A DNA stretch of 60,926 bases, filler included. It is 4 parts of 4 records of this genome, joined end to end, with 100 filler letters (N's around TTAATTAATTAA, not from the genome) between each part and the next. Parts side by side here need not be neighbours in the genome. Positions count along the whole stretch, not along the records: positions 1 to 29,813 come from SRR20825010_2184; 3 more parts are not named here. One strand, 5' to 3'. The notes under the pieces were generated by a model that did no database searches, was not told the origin of the DNA, and saw only the letters and a list, made by a program, of their open reading frames with translations. Below, in pieces: positions 1 through 9,894 of this stretch (its first letter is position 1; each line of letters begins with the position of its first letter). The translations under genes were made by a program, and so were the position numbers.

Positions 1-58
1 CTGGAAAGCGTGTTGGGGTGTAAGCCCCTCCGGGGTTCGAATCCCCGTCCCTCCGCCA
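1..58 (+). tRNA. tRNA-Ser(GGA), 5'-truncated by window edge
   Basis: CT-GGA-AA anticodon loop, long variable arm (ggggtgtaagcccc), GGTTCGAATCC T-arm, ends in GCCA. Confidence 0.9.
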
Positions 59-275
59 TCGCTTTCCGATAAATAACTATTATTTATATTTTAAGTAACG
101 GGAACCCGTCCGTCTGTTGGCGCACGGGTTGATCACCCGTGGAGGCAACTGATTTCCTCAGACTTATGCAGCCTCACCGCGAATCACGCGACAGATTCCA
201 ATACCCGGCCCAAAACCGCTCCCGGTTGATCCAACGGCATGCACAGAGACGCCCAAAGTAGATCAGGGCGGCAGC

Positions 276-770
276 TCAGGCCGTCGCCGGCTGCTCGAGG
301 GCTGCCACCAGGGCGTTCAGGGCGGCTTCGGTGAAACGCCACATATTGGCTTCCCGGTTTCCGTCACCGGTCTCCAGCGTGAAGACCCGGGTCGTCGGGC
401 CGCTGAGCGCGATGCAGGTGTGACCGGCGGCATCGCCATAGCGGTTTCCCCTCGGGCCCGAGGCACCGGTCTCCGCAAGTCCCCATGTGGTGTCCATCTT
501 CCGCCGCATGGTCTCGGCCAGCAGGGCCGCGTAGGGCTCGGAGGAGGAACGCATGCCCGGGTGCTGTTCAAGCGCGATATCCGTGAAGATCTCGCGGGCC
601 TTGTGGGTGTAGATCACCCCGCCGGCGACGAAATAGGCCGAGGCGCCCGGCACCGCCAGGAGAGAGGCGGAAATCAGCCCTCCGGCGGAGGACTCGGCGA
701 CGGCGATGGTCTCGCCGCGTGCCGTCAACAACCGTCCAGCGGCTTCACCAAGCCCACCCAGATCACGCAT
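276..770 (-). CDS. CinA/PncC-family protein (NMN deamidase-like C-terminal domain)
   Basis: AVAESSAGGLI and VPGASAYF motifs, ETGASGP. Confidence 0.85.
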   Translation of the reverse strand: MRDLGGLGEAAGRLLTARGETIAVAESSAGGLISASLLAVPGASAYFVAGGVIYTHKAREIFTDIALEQHPGMRSSSEPYAALLAETMRRKMDTTWGLAETGASGPRGNRYGDAAGHTCIALSGPTTRVFTLETGDGNREANMWRFTEAALNALVAALEQPATA

Positions 771-894
771 CCCGTCAGTCCTCCCGTCGCGCCTTAAATC
801 GCGCTGTCAGCTCATTTCTGCAGTATGCCCGCCATGCGGACAAAGGCGCCGTTCATGTGTTGCGTATGAATGGCGGCTCTCCGAAGTCTGCGTC

Positions 895-1448
895 TTAGGT
901 CAGCGGGATTTTGTACTCTACGGTCTCATGTCCACCGAGAGCCTTATCGGCACTATAGGTTCTAACCATCACCCCGCCTGCTTTTTCAATGACCCGTATC
1001 GAAGCAGAATTGTCAGGGCTGGTCGTAATTTCAACGTATTTAAGGCCAGCTGCTTTCGCCTCTGGAAGAATGGCGACAAGTGCCGCAGACGCAAGGCCCT
1101 CGCCTTGTCTCCAAGGCACGACGGCATACCCGATATGACCCGAACATGTCGGCGGCAGTTCCTCTGTCCCAGGTTTCCACCGCAAACTTATGTGACCGCA
1201 AAACTCATTATCCCAGATCCATCTACGAATGCTTGGCAAGCGCGGCACCTGCGAGCCGTCTGGAAGTGTAAGAGGGCCAGCCTTCGCCGTCGGATCGTCA
1301 AGTTTTAAACGAACGATTCCGCGTCCTTTGAAATCGCAGCGATCTGTTCATCTGCCGCTTCAGGGCGCAAATTGTCTGGTGACCAACCTTTTTTGAGCGC
1401 GGAAACATACGCAGAAATACCGTCAATGCTTGGTATGAGTAACTTCAC
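895..1448 (-). pseudogene. GNAT acetyltransferase, frameshifted near 1303-1307 (or sequencing error)
   Basis: GTG at 1448 after GGAGGG gives MKLLIP..KGWSPDNLRPE..ESFV then TAA; another frame continues LDDPTAKAGPLTLPDGSQVPRLP..GHIGYAVVPWRQGEG..NSASIRVIEKAGG. Confidence 0.75.
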
Positions 1449-1526
1449 CCGACCCTCCCAAACAAAATAAAAACAAATACTTACCTATGAATCAGAATTG
1501 ATCAATGAAGGCACAAAGCAGACAGG

Positions 1527-2708
1527 TCAATCAGCCGTGAGCGCGCCGATAATCGCCTTCACCGACCGGATCGTCAGTGCGTTTCGCTCCTCGTCAACCG
1601 GCAGTGCCTGGGACGAGACCTTTGCGACCACGATTTCGTTCTTTCGGTCGACAAAGAGATTCTGGCCGTGCACGCCGAAGCCGAACAGCAATGGCGCCGC
1701 CCCGTCCTCGACATACCATTTGCTGCGATAGCGCATCGGTGCGCCACCGAAGAGCTCCGCGAAATCACCCGACGCCCAGGCGGCGGCGTCACCGCCCGTA
1801 ATCAGATCGTCGATCCAGCCTGCGGGAACGATGCCCCGCCCGCCTTCAACAAGAAGCTGGCCCACCCGAGCAAGATCGCGCACCGTCGCGCAGAAACCGC
1901 CCGCGCAGCGCGGCGCACCGAGCCGGTCGACGGTGATATAGGCGCTGCGCTCCGCCCCCATCGGCCGCCACAGTTTTTCGGAGACGAGATCGGCATAGCG
2001 CTGCCCGCTGGCACGCTCAATCACCCAGCCGAGCAGATCGGTATTCGGCGAGACATAGTGGAAGCTGCCGTCATGCGCGCCGTCCTCGCCGGTCATCGTC
2101 GCGAAAAAGCTCCGCAGGTCCGAGGGCAGGTCCCCGGGCTCCAGCGGGTTCCAGTTCTGTGCCTTGCGGTATTCGATGATCGGCCCTGATGTCGCGAGAT
2201 AGTCTTCGTCGAAGGCGACTCCGGCCCGCATGTCGAGCAGGTGACGCACCGTCGCGCCCTTGTAGGCCGTGCCCGCAATCTCCGGCACATAGCTGGCGAC
2301 CGGAGCGTCCGGATCGAGAACACCGTCCTCAATGAGGATCCCGGCGATCAGGCCAAGCAGCGACTTCGAGACCGACATCAGAATATGCGGTGTGAAGGCA
2401 TCCATGCCGTTCGCATAGGATTCGAACACCAACGCGCCGCGCCGCAGAACCACGATCCCGTCAGTGTCCGTGTTGGCGAGGAAATCCGCGAGGCTCACCC
2501 CACCGTCCAGCGTGAGCCCGTCGAGGCCGCCCGGCGCATGCCGGAGATCGAACACCGCATCGGGATCGTTCGGAATGTCCGCAGACGCCACGATTTCGCG
2601 CACATGGTGAAAAGCCCACCGGCTGAACGGCGCCGTCCGCCAGTTCGCCAGCGTCACCTGTGTTTCGGGAGAGACAGGGAAGCCCTGCATAAGATCAGTC
2701 ACGGGCAT
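1527..2708 (-). CDS. Serine hydrolase, beta-lactamase class C / 6-aminohexanoate-dimer hydrolase (NylB-like) family
   Basis: SxxK (MSVSKS), FHYVSPNTDLLG, GVHGQ motifs. Confidence 0.85.
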   Translation of the reverse strand: MPVTDLMQGFPVSPETQVTLANWRTAPFSRWAFHHVREIVASADIPNDPDAVFDLRHAPGGLDGLTLDGGVSLADFLANTDTDGIVVLRRGALVFESYANGMDAFTPHILMSVSKSLLGLIAGILIEDGVLDPDAPVASYVPEIAGTAYKGATVRHLLDMRAGVAFDEDYLATSGPIIEYRKAQNWNPLEPGDLPSDLRSFFATMTGEDGAHDGSFHYVSPNTDLLGWVIERASGQRYADLVSEKLWRPMGAERSAYITVDRLGAPRCAGGFCATVRDLARVGQLLVEGGRGIVPAGWIDDLITGGDAAAWASGDFAELFGGAPMRYRSKWYVEDGAAPLLFGFGVHGQNLFVDRKNEIVVAKVSSQALPVDEERNALTIRSVKAIIGALTAD

Positions 2709-2743
2709 GGTGGGTCCTTGAAGGTTGGACGCTACCTCTACCC

Positions 2744-4471
2744 CTATCTCTGTCCCCGCACCACTCCTCCCGGCAGGGCGCCCGTCGCCTCGCCGCCCCG
2801 GTATGTCACCTTGCCGGAGACAATGGTGGCGTCGTAGCCGGTCGATTTCTGCATCAGCCGCTTGCCGTTCGCGGGCAGGTCATAGGTGACGTAGGGATCG
2901 GAGAAGCCGACCTTGTCCCAGTCGATGATGTTCACATCGGCCTTCTTGCCGGGCGCCAGCACACCACGGTCGGACAGACCGGCGGCGCTGGCGGTGTCAG
3001 AGGTCAGGCGGCGGATCACGTCCGTCATCGGGAAGCGGGCCCGGTCGCGGCCCCAGTAGCTCATCAGCCAGGTCGGGTAGCCGGCATCGAGGATGAAGCC
3101 GACATGGGCACCGCCGTCCCCCAGCCCCATGATCGCGTTCTTGTCCGCCAGCATCTCTTCCGGCGCGCTCATGTCGTAATTCGCGTAGTTCACCAGCGGC
3201 GTGTAGATGAAGCCGCGTCCTTCCCGCTCCAGCAGGATGTCGTAGGCGACTTCGGGCGCCGTCCGGCCTTCCCGCTCGGCGAGCGCCTCAATCGAGTCAC
3301 TCTTTGCAGGCTCGTAATTCGCGGGCGAGCCGAGCCGGAACATCTTGGAGAAGGAGATCCGGTGGATCAGCGGGAAGGTGCTGTTCTTCACCGGGTCCTC
3401 GGCGAGGATCTTCCGGCGCACCTCCGGATCGCGCATCGCCGCGACCCGCTGGTCGAGCGGCAGATCGCCGATGGAGCGATATGTGGCCGTGCCGGAGAAC
3501 GGGTTCTGACTGCCTTCGAGGCCGAGCAGGATACCGATCGGGCGCGGCGCCACCACCGGCCGGATCGACAGGCCATCGTTCGCCGCCTCGCCCGCCAGCC
3601 GCAGCAGGTCACGCCAGAAATCCGGCCGGTTATGGCGCTGGTTCAGGGTAAAGACAGCCGTCCGGCCGCTATTCTCGACGATGCGGCGGAGCATGGCGAA
3701 CTCGGTTTCCGGGTCCGGCTCGTCCCAGTCAGAGACGATTTCGAGGAAGCCTGCCCCGGCATCCTGCATGCCGCGCGCGATGCCGGTCAGCTCTTCCTCC
3801 TGGGCGCGCAGGGTCGGTGTGTAGTCACCGGCGAGGCTCTTGTGGCTGATCGTGCGCGAGGTGGAGAACCCGAAGGCGCCGGCGCGCACGGCATCCGCCG
3901 AAATCTTGCGCATCCGGGCGATGTCTTCCGGCGTCGCGTGTTCCAGCTGGATCGCCCGTTCGCCCATGACATAGACCCGGACGGCGGCATGGGGCAGCAG
4001 CACGCCGAGATCCATGTCGCGCGGCAGTTTCTCCAGCACGTCGAGATACTCCGCAAAGCTCTCCCACTGCCAGTTCAGTCCTTCATGCAGGACCGGGCCG
4101 GGAATGTCCTCCACCCCCTCCATCAGCTCGACCAGCTTCTCCCGGTCTTCCGGCTTGCAGGGCGCGAAGCCGACACCGCAATTGCCCATGATCGCCGTGG
4201 TGACGCCGTGCCAGGCCGAAGGCGCCATGTGGCTGTCCCAGACCGCCTGTCCGTCATAGTGGGTGTGAATGTCAACGAACCCGGGCGTGACCAGCATGCC
4301 GCGCGCGTCGATCTCCTCGACGGCGGTCTGCGCCCCAAAATCGCCGATCCCGACGATCTTGTCCCCGGCCAGCGCCAGATCCGCCTCGACCGGCTCCGCC
4401 CCGGTGCCGTCGACGATGGTGCCGTTGCGGATGATCAGTGTGGGCTCAGCAGACTTTGGCTCAGCAGACAT
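2744..4471 (-). CDS. N-acyl-D-amino-acid deacylase family amidohydrolase
   Basis: PGFVDIHTHYD, GVTTAIMGNCG, DGGAH, RGVLAPGKKAD. Confidence 0.88.
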   Translation of the reverse strand: MSAEPKSAEPTLIIRNGTIVDGTGAEPVEADLALAGDKIVGIGDFGAQTAVEEIDARGMLVTPGFVDIHTHYDGQAVWDSHMAPSAWHGVTTAIMGNCGVGFAPCKPEDREKLVELMEGVEDIPGPVLHEGLNWQWESFAEYLDVLEKLPRDMDLGVLLPHAAVRVYVMGERAIQLEHATPEDIARMRKISADAVRAGAFGFSTSRTISHKSLAGDYTPTLRAQEEELTGIARGMQDAGAGFLEIVSDWDEPDPETEFAMLRRIVENSGRTAVFTLNQRHNRPDFWRDLLRLAGEAANDGLSIRPVVAPRPIGILLGLEGSQNPFSGTATYRSIGDLPLDQRVAAMRDPEVRRKILAEDPVKNSTFPLIHRISFSKMFRLGSPANYEPAKSDSIEALAEREGRTAPEVAYDILLEREGRGFIYTPLVNYANYDMSAPEEMLADKNAIMGLGDGGAHVGFILDAGYPTWLMSYWGRDRARFPMTDVIRRLTSDTASAAGLSDRGVLAPGKKADVNIIDWDKVGFSDPYVTYDLPANGKRLMQKSTGYDATIVSGKVTYRGGEATGALPGGVVRGQR

Positions 4472-4698
4472 GGCGAATCCTCCCGATGTTTATTCTCTTT
4501 TTCCGGGAGTGTGAGCCTGCGGACAGGCCCCGTAAAGCCGCAGGCGGGCACAAGTGTGGTGACGATTTGCCGGAACACCCGGCACTCTCCGCGACGCTCG
4601 CCAGCCGTGCTGCCAAAATACCATCAATCGGCGCGGCCCGGCTTTGCTAGCCTCCTGGCAAAACACGAAGCACTAATATCGCGAGGGGAAACGCGGCA

Positions 4699-5667
4699 AT
4701 GGACAGCTCAAGCAAGATCGCCCTGATCGGCGCCGGACTGATGGGACACGGGCTTGCCCTCGTGCATGCAATCGCCGGGCATCCGGTGAAGATGACCGAT
4801 ATCAGCGAAAGCCAGCTCAAGATCGGCATGGACCTCGCCGCCAGCGCGCTGGAGACCATGGTCTCGGCAGGCAGCATCGCCCGCGACGACGTGGCCCCGA
4901 TCCTCGCCCGGATCACACCTGTTAAAACGCTCGCCGAAGCAGTTTCAGACGCGGATTTCATTATCGAGGCGGTGGTCGAGAACCGGGATGTGAAGCGCAC
5001 GGTCTATGCCGAGATCGAGGCAGCGGCCCCGGCGCAAGCGCTGATCGCCAGCAACACCTCCTACCTCGATGTCTTCCCGCTGGTTCCGGCGGGACTGCAG
5101 AGCCGTTTCATCATCACCCACTGGTACACCCCGCCCTACATCATCGACCTGGTCGATATCGCCGGTGGGCCGGAGACCGATCCGGCGCACCTCACCACGA
5201 TGCGGGACCATTACCGCGCCATCGGCAAGAAGCCGGTGCTGTTCGACCGCTTCACGCCGGGCTATGTCGCCAACCGGCTGCAGGCGGCGATGACGCTGGA
5301 AATCACCCGGATGCTGGACGAGGGCTGGGCGACGCCAGAGGCCATCGACGACAGCATCAAATACGGCCTCGCCCTGCGCATGGCGACCATGGGCGCGCTG
5401 ATGAAGGCGGACTTCACCGGCCTCGACATGACCCGCCGCTCGCTCTCCAACAAGATGTACACGCCGCCCGAAGTGAAGGGTTACAGCGAGACGCTGGAGG
5501 GGCTGATCGCGGACGGCAAGATGGGCGTGATGAGCGGGTCCGGCTATTTCGACTATGGCGACATGAAGCCGGACGAGCTGTTCCGGAACCGTGATATCGG
5601 GCTGCTGAAGCTGAAAGCGGCGGTGGAGACGGTGGAAAAAGAAACACCGCTGTCGCCGAAGGGGTGA
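4699..5667 (+). CDS. 3-hydroxyacyl-CoA dehydrogenase family protein
   Basis: GAGLMG Rossmann motif, EAVVEN, ASNTS, PGYVANRLQ. Confidence 0.88.
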   Translation: MDSSSKIALIGAGLMGHGLALVHAIAGHPVKMTDISESQLKIGMDLAASALETMVSAGSIARDDVAPILARITPVKTLAEAVSDADFIIEAVVENRDVKRTVYAEIEAAAPAQALIASNTSYLDVFPLVPAGLQSRFIITHWYTPPYIIDLVDIAGGPETDPAHLTTMRDHYRAIGKKPVLFDRFTPGYVANRLQAAMTLEITRMLDEGWATPEAIDDSIKYGLALRMATMGALMKADFTGLDMTRRSLSNKMYTPPEVKGYSETLEGLIADGKMGVMSGSGYFDYGDMKPDELFRNRDIGLLKLKAAVETVEKETPLSPKG

Positions 5668-7271
5668 TCAGCATGGATGCGATGGAAACGGACTATGTCG
5701 TGGTCGGCGCAGGCTCCGCCGGCTGTGTCGTGGCGAGCCGCCTGAGCGAGAGCGGGGCAAAGGTCCTGCTGCTGGAGGCTGGGCCCGCGGACCACAATCC
5801 CCTGATCCATATTCCGGCTGGCGTGAAGAGCCTGCTCTATAACGCGAACGTCAACTGGAACTATGCGAGCGAGCCGGAAGAGAGCACGGCGGGACGGGCT
5901 ATTCACTGGCCGCGCGGACGCGTTCTCGGCGGCTCGCACTCGATCAACGGGATGCTCTATGTGCGCGGCAACCCGGCCGACTATGACGGCTGGGCGCAGC
6001 TCGGCTGCCGGGGCTGGAGCTTCAGCGACGTCTTGCCCCTGTTTCGCCGGTCCGAGCGCTACGACAAAGGCGAGGAGGGCATCCGGGGACGCAGCGGCCC
6101 GATGCCCGTCGAGGATTACCGGACCATTCTGCCACTGACCCACGCCTTCGTGCGCGCGGCCCAGGAGGCCGGTTTTACCCTGAACCCCGATTACAACGGC
6201 TCACGGCAGGACGGGGTCGCCTATTCGCAGATGACGCGGCGCGGGCGCTGGCGCGCCTCGACCGCACGCACCTTCCTGGCCGAAGCGCGCAAGCGCCCCA
6301 ATCTGCGGATCGAGACGGAGGCGCTGGTGCAAAAGCTGACCTTCGAAGGGCGCCGCTGCACCGGGCTGGTGTTTCGCCGCCATGGCGAGGATGTCCGCGT
6401 CCGCGCCACCCGCGAGGTGATCCTGTGCGGCGGAGCCGTCAATTCACCGCAAATCCTGCAGCTCTCGGGGATCGGCCCGGCCGGGCATGTCGCGGGCCTC
6501 GGACTGCCGGTGGTGCAGGACCTGCCCGGCGTGGGCGCCAACCTGTCCGATCACTACGTCACGCGCATCACGCACCGCGTGCGGGACGCGATCTCGCTGA
6601 ACGAGCTGTCGCGGGGCTGGCGGGTGCTGCGCGAGATCGGCCGCTTTGCGCTTTTCGGCAACGGCGCGCTGACCTTCGGCGTGACCAGCGCGATGGTGTT
6701 CTGCCACAGCCGCGAGGGCCTGGAGAGTCCGGACCTTCAGCTCCTGTTTACGCCGGCCAGCTACGATCCGGACAAGCCTCTGGCCCTGGAGCGCGCGCCT
6801 GGAATGGCGACGGTGATCTGTCCGACGCGCCCCTCCAGCCGCGGCACGGTGATGGCCGCCAGCCCGGATCCGTCGGCACCGCCGCGCATCAAGCCGAACT
6901 ATCTGTCGGATCGCGACGATCTGCGGGTGATGCTGTCCGGCATGGAGCATGTGCGCCGGATCTTCGCCGCGCCGTCCCTCGCGTGCCACAGCGCGTCGGA
7001 ACTCTGGCCAGGACCGGCTGCAGCGGACGAGGCCGCGCTCGCGCAATTCGCCCGGGAACGCGGCACCACGCTCTATCATCCGGTCGGCACCTGCAAGATG
7101 GGGATCGATCCTATGGCGGTCGTTGACCCTGAACTCAAAGTCCGGGGCGTCGAGGGGCTCAGGGTCGCCGACGCCTCGGTGATGCCCTATCTGACAACCG
7201 GCAACACCAACGCCCCGACCATCATGATCGCCGAGAAGGCGGCCGATCTGATCCGGGCGGAAAGCGCGTAA
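5664..7271 (+). CDS. GMC oxidoreductase (choline dehydrogenase-like)
   Basis: GAGSAG, RGRVLGGSHSING, YHPVGTCKMG, GNTNAPTIMIAEK. Confidence 0.92.
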   Translation: MISMDAMETDYVVVGAGSAGCVVASRLSESGAKVLLLEAGPADHNPLIHIPAGVKSLLYNANVNWNYASEPEESTAGRAIHWPRGRVLGGSHSINGMLYVRGNPADYDGWAQLGCRGWSFSDVLPLFRRSERYDKGEEGIRGRSGPMPVEDYRTILPLTHAFVRAAQEAGFTLNPDYNGSRQDGVAYSQMTRRGRWRASTARTFLAEARKRPNLRIETEALVQKLTFEGRRCTGLVFRRHGEDVRVRATREVILCGGAVNSPQILQLSGIGPAGHVAGLGLPVVQDLPGVGANLSDHYVTRITHRVRDAISLNELSRGWRVLREIGRFALFGNGALTFGVTSAMVFCHSREGLESPDLQLLFTPASYDPDKPLALERAPGMATVICPTRPSSRGTVMAASPDPSAPPRIKPNYLSDRDDLRVMLSGMEHVRRIFAAPSLACHSASELWPGPAAADEAALAQFARERGTTLYHPVGTCKMGIDPMAVVDPELKVRGVEGLRVADASVMPYLTTGNTNAPTIMIAEKAADLIRAESA

Positions 7272-7294
7272 TCGTCGCGCACCCGAACCTCACT

Positions 7295-7672
7295 CTAAGT
7301 GCCGTCGATATAGACCCAGTCTGCGCCCTCGCGGCGGAAGCGGCTGGTTTCGCGCACGCGGCCGGTGTGGGTGCCGTTCCGCCATGTCGCGGTAAAGCGA
7401 ACCGTCGCTGTGTCGGGGCCGGTCACCTCAACACGGTCAATCACGAGCCCGGTCCAGACCTGCGCCGGGTCCAGATCCAGGATCAAGGGCCGCGTCTCCG
7501 CTGCCCAGCTTTTCTGCAGGTAGGCCGCATTTCCCCGGCTGAAGGCGCAATAGCGGGAGCGCATCAGCTCCTCCGCGTCACGCGCCGGCGCCCCTGAATG
7601 CAACCGGCCGCAGCAGCCCAGATAGCTCTTCCCGCTGCCGCACTCACATGGCTCAAACAAATCGCTCTCCAA
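7295..7672 (-). CDS. ychJ: YchJ family protein with SEC-C motif
   Basis: CECGSGKSYLGCC, AEELMRSRYCAF, ETSRFRRE..WVYIDG. Confidence 0.85.
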   Translation of the reverse strand: MESDLFEPCECGSGKSYLGCCGRLHSGAPARDAEELMRSRYCAFSRGNAAYLQKSWAAETRPLILDLDPAQVWTGLVIDRVEVTGPDTATVRFTATWRNGTHTGRVRETSRFRREGADWVYIDGT

Positions 7673-7687
7673 TCAGGTCGCGCCCCA

Positions 7688-8044
7688 TCAACGCGCGCCG
7701 CGCTCGTCGAGATAGATCCGCACGGCATTCTGAACATGCCGGAAACGGTCGCCGCCCAGATGCTTGCCGCCGAACCAGCGTGTCACCACGATGATATGGT
7801 CGCGCAGCCCTTCCCGCTCCAGCATCCGCAGGATCACCAGTCCCGCCCCCGCCTCGCCATCATCGTTTTTCAACGCCGTATCGGCGGTCAGCAGGGCCCA
7901 TGTATTGTGGGTGGCCTTGGCGAATTTCTTTTTGGCGCACAGCGTCTTGATAAAACCCTTGGCCTCTTCTTCGGACGCGCACGGCCCGCCCGAGACCGCA
8001 TATTTCGATCCGCGGTCGCTGATGATGTTCTCGAGAATACGCAT
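7688..8044 (-). CDS. YigZ/IMPACT family protein (N-terminal domain only)
   Basis: DRGSKY, KATHNTWA, DDGEAGAG, VVTRWFGGKHLGGDRFR. Confidence 0.88.
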   Translation of the reverse strand: MRILENIISDRGSKYAVSGGPCASEEEAKGFIKTLCAKKKFAKATHNTWALLTADTALKNDDGEAGAGLVILRMLEREGLRDHIIVVTRWFGGKHLGGDRFRHVQNAVRIYLDERGAR

Positions 8045-8152
8045 AGCGCAGGCTTAGAGCGATCCAATGCCGGCAGCAAGGGGGCTGCGGCGTACCGGCC
8101 GGCATTTTGGTATCCCTCATGAAAGCGCAGCACGGAGAGCAAACGCCTCGCT

Positions 8153-9493
8153 TCAGGGCTGCGTGCTGTTGGTGTCCTGTAAATCGGAAAGAATTTTGCG
8201 GTCAAACCCGGAAAGGGGCTGGCTGCGGCTTGCGCTCAGTACCTGCTCCCGGAAGTCAGCAAGCACAAGACGCGCGGGAAGCGGAAAAGACGCTTCCAAC
8301 CCGGCAAGGGTTTCCGAAAGCCGGCTGACGACATCCGCGTCGGTGATCCCGTATCGGGCAATCCCTGCGAAGGCCCGGCAGGCCACATCCTCCAGAACGA
8401 CAGTTTCGGTTACGAGACGCAACCGGCCATCCCGGTCCAGCCGCATCGCCGAAGGGATGCCCCGCCCTCCTACCCGGCCAAGGACTTCTCCCAGTCTGTC
8501 AATGCAGTAGAGAGCGGTTGTCGGGTCATTGAAGCCGGGCGACAGGGAGCGCTGGGCCAGTTCCACGATGCGGTGGATGGCAAACTCGAGATCCTGGTAG
8601 GGCGTCCGGTCCCGGCCGATGACGACCGCACCGCGGAGGCCTTCTTCGATCTTGTCCGAGACCCGATCCTGCGGATAGGCGGTGATCACGCACGCACCTT
8701 TGGTGACAAACCGGCCGGACGGCGCATCGATCCGCAGAACAAGATCATGCTCCGTGGCAATCCGCATCAACGCGTCAAAGCCGGTATTCTGGACATATCC
8801 GCTGACGTCGGCCGCGATCTGCCTGCTGCCATCATCGAAACCGCCGGGCATTTGCTGCGCGGCCCGTTCGTCCGCCTCATTCCCCGGCCCCTGCTCGGGC
8901 CGTTCGTCAAACAGGCGATCAACAGCGCAACAGCCTTCGTAAGCAAGTTTCGCCAGCAGGGTTTCGATCCGGATCGAGGTTGCGATGTGATGAATGAAAT
9001 AGATCAGGACAGCGACACTGGCCGCGGCCAGCACAATCCCGAACCCGACCGCCAGATGCGGGACGAAGCTGGACTCTTCCATACCCCGCACCGACCGCAG
9101 CACGAACAGGCAATACAGAAAGGTCGCGATGAACGTGCCCAACACGATCTGGTTGCTGCGATCGCGCATGAAGTTGTCCAGAACCCGCGGCCCGAACTGC
9201 GAGGAGGCAAGCTGCAACGACAACATCGTGATTGAAAAGATCAGGCTCGCCACCGTGATCATCGAGGTTGCAATCACCGACAGAATCGACCGCGCGCCCT
9301 CGGGCCCGAACGTATAAAACGCACTCGCCTCGTCCGTCCGGTCCACGGCGCGCAGGGTATCGACCTCGATGAGCAGAAACGAAAGCGCCACAGCCACGAG
9401 GACCATGAGAGCGGGCACGAACCAGAAGCTGGAATTCAGACGGTCCCAGAACGCGAAGACGCGGGTGATCGAAAATGTGGCAGCCATGACCAA
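8153..9493 (-). CDS. DUF2254-family membrane protein
   Basis: SFWFVPALM, LQLASSQFGPR, LGTFIATFLY, RSLSPGFNDPTTA. Confidence 0.85.
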   Translation of the reverse strand: MVMAATFSITRVFAFWDRLNSSFWFVPALMVLVAVALSFLLIEVDTLRAVDRTDEASAFYTFGPEGARSILSVIATSMITVASLIFSITMLSLQLASSQFGPRVLDNFMRDRSNQIVLGTFIATFLYCLFVLRSVRGMEESSFVPHLAVGFGIVLAAASVAVLIYFIHHIATSIRIETLLAKLAYEGCCAVDRLFDERPEQGPGNEADERAAQQMPGGFDDGSRQIAADVSGYVQNTGFDALMRIATEHDLVLRIDAPSGRFVTKGACVITAYPQDRVSDKIEEGLRGAVVIGRDRTPYQDLEFAIHRIVELAQRSLSPGFNDPTTALYCIDRLGEVLGRVGGRGIPSAMRLDRDGRLRLVTETVVLEDVACRAFAGIARYGITDADVVSRLSETLAGLEASFPLPARLVLADFREQVLSASRSQPLSGFDRKILSDLQDTNSTQP

Positions 9494-9750
9494 CTCTTTT
9501 CCTGTTGCGAGCTGGGTCGCAAGCTCGCCGAACTGACGGCGAAGCCGCTTTCCTTCACAATGAAGGGGTTCATCCAGGGCCGCGCGGCATGAGCCTCAAT
9601 CCTAGTGCGATGTCGCCCACCGCACCACCCGCTTGATTACGGCAGGCGGGCGTAGTGCCTGAAGGATCTGGGTGACTGGAACGACGGCATATGCCGCAGC
9701 CAGCAGCACGGATTTCTCTGCGGTCTCAGGGAGGGAAAGCGCCAGCGCCT

Positions 9751-9861
9751 TACCGGCCCGACGGCAAGAAACCGGTGCTGTTCGAGCGCGTCACGCCCAG
9801 CTATGTCGCCAAACGGCTGCAGGCGGTGGAGGAAGAGACGCCGCTCAAGCCGGAGGGGCGA
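9751..9861 (+). pseudogene. Internally deleted remnant copy of the 3-hydroxyacyl-CoA dehydrogenase gene at 4699-5667
   Basis: YRPDGKKPVLFERVTPSYVAKRLQA matches YRAIGKKPVLFDRFTPGYVANRLQA (5212-5287), fused to VEEETPLKPEG matching VEKETPLSPKG* (5632-5667); TGA changed to CGA. Confidence 0.85.
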
Positions 9862-9894
9862 GCAGAGCGAGAGCTGACGATGTGATGCTTACTG

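Noticed and set aside
3104-4726. Long shadow ORFs (e.g. 3104-4726+, 17370-19064-, 23157-24974-, 39649-41184+)
   Set aside because: Antisense or alternate-frame artefacts of high-GC coding DNA overlapping well-supported genes
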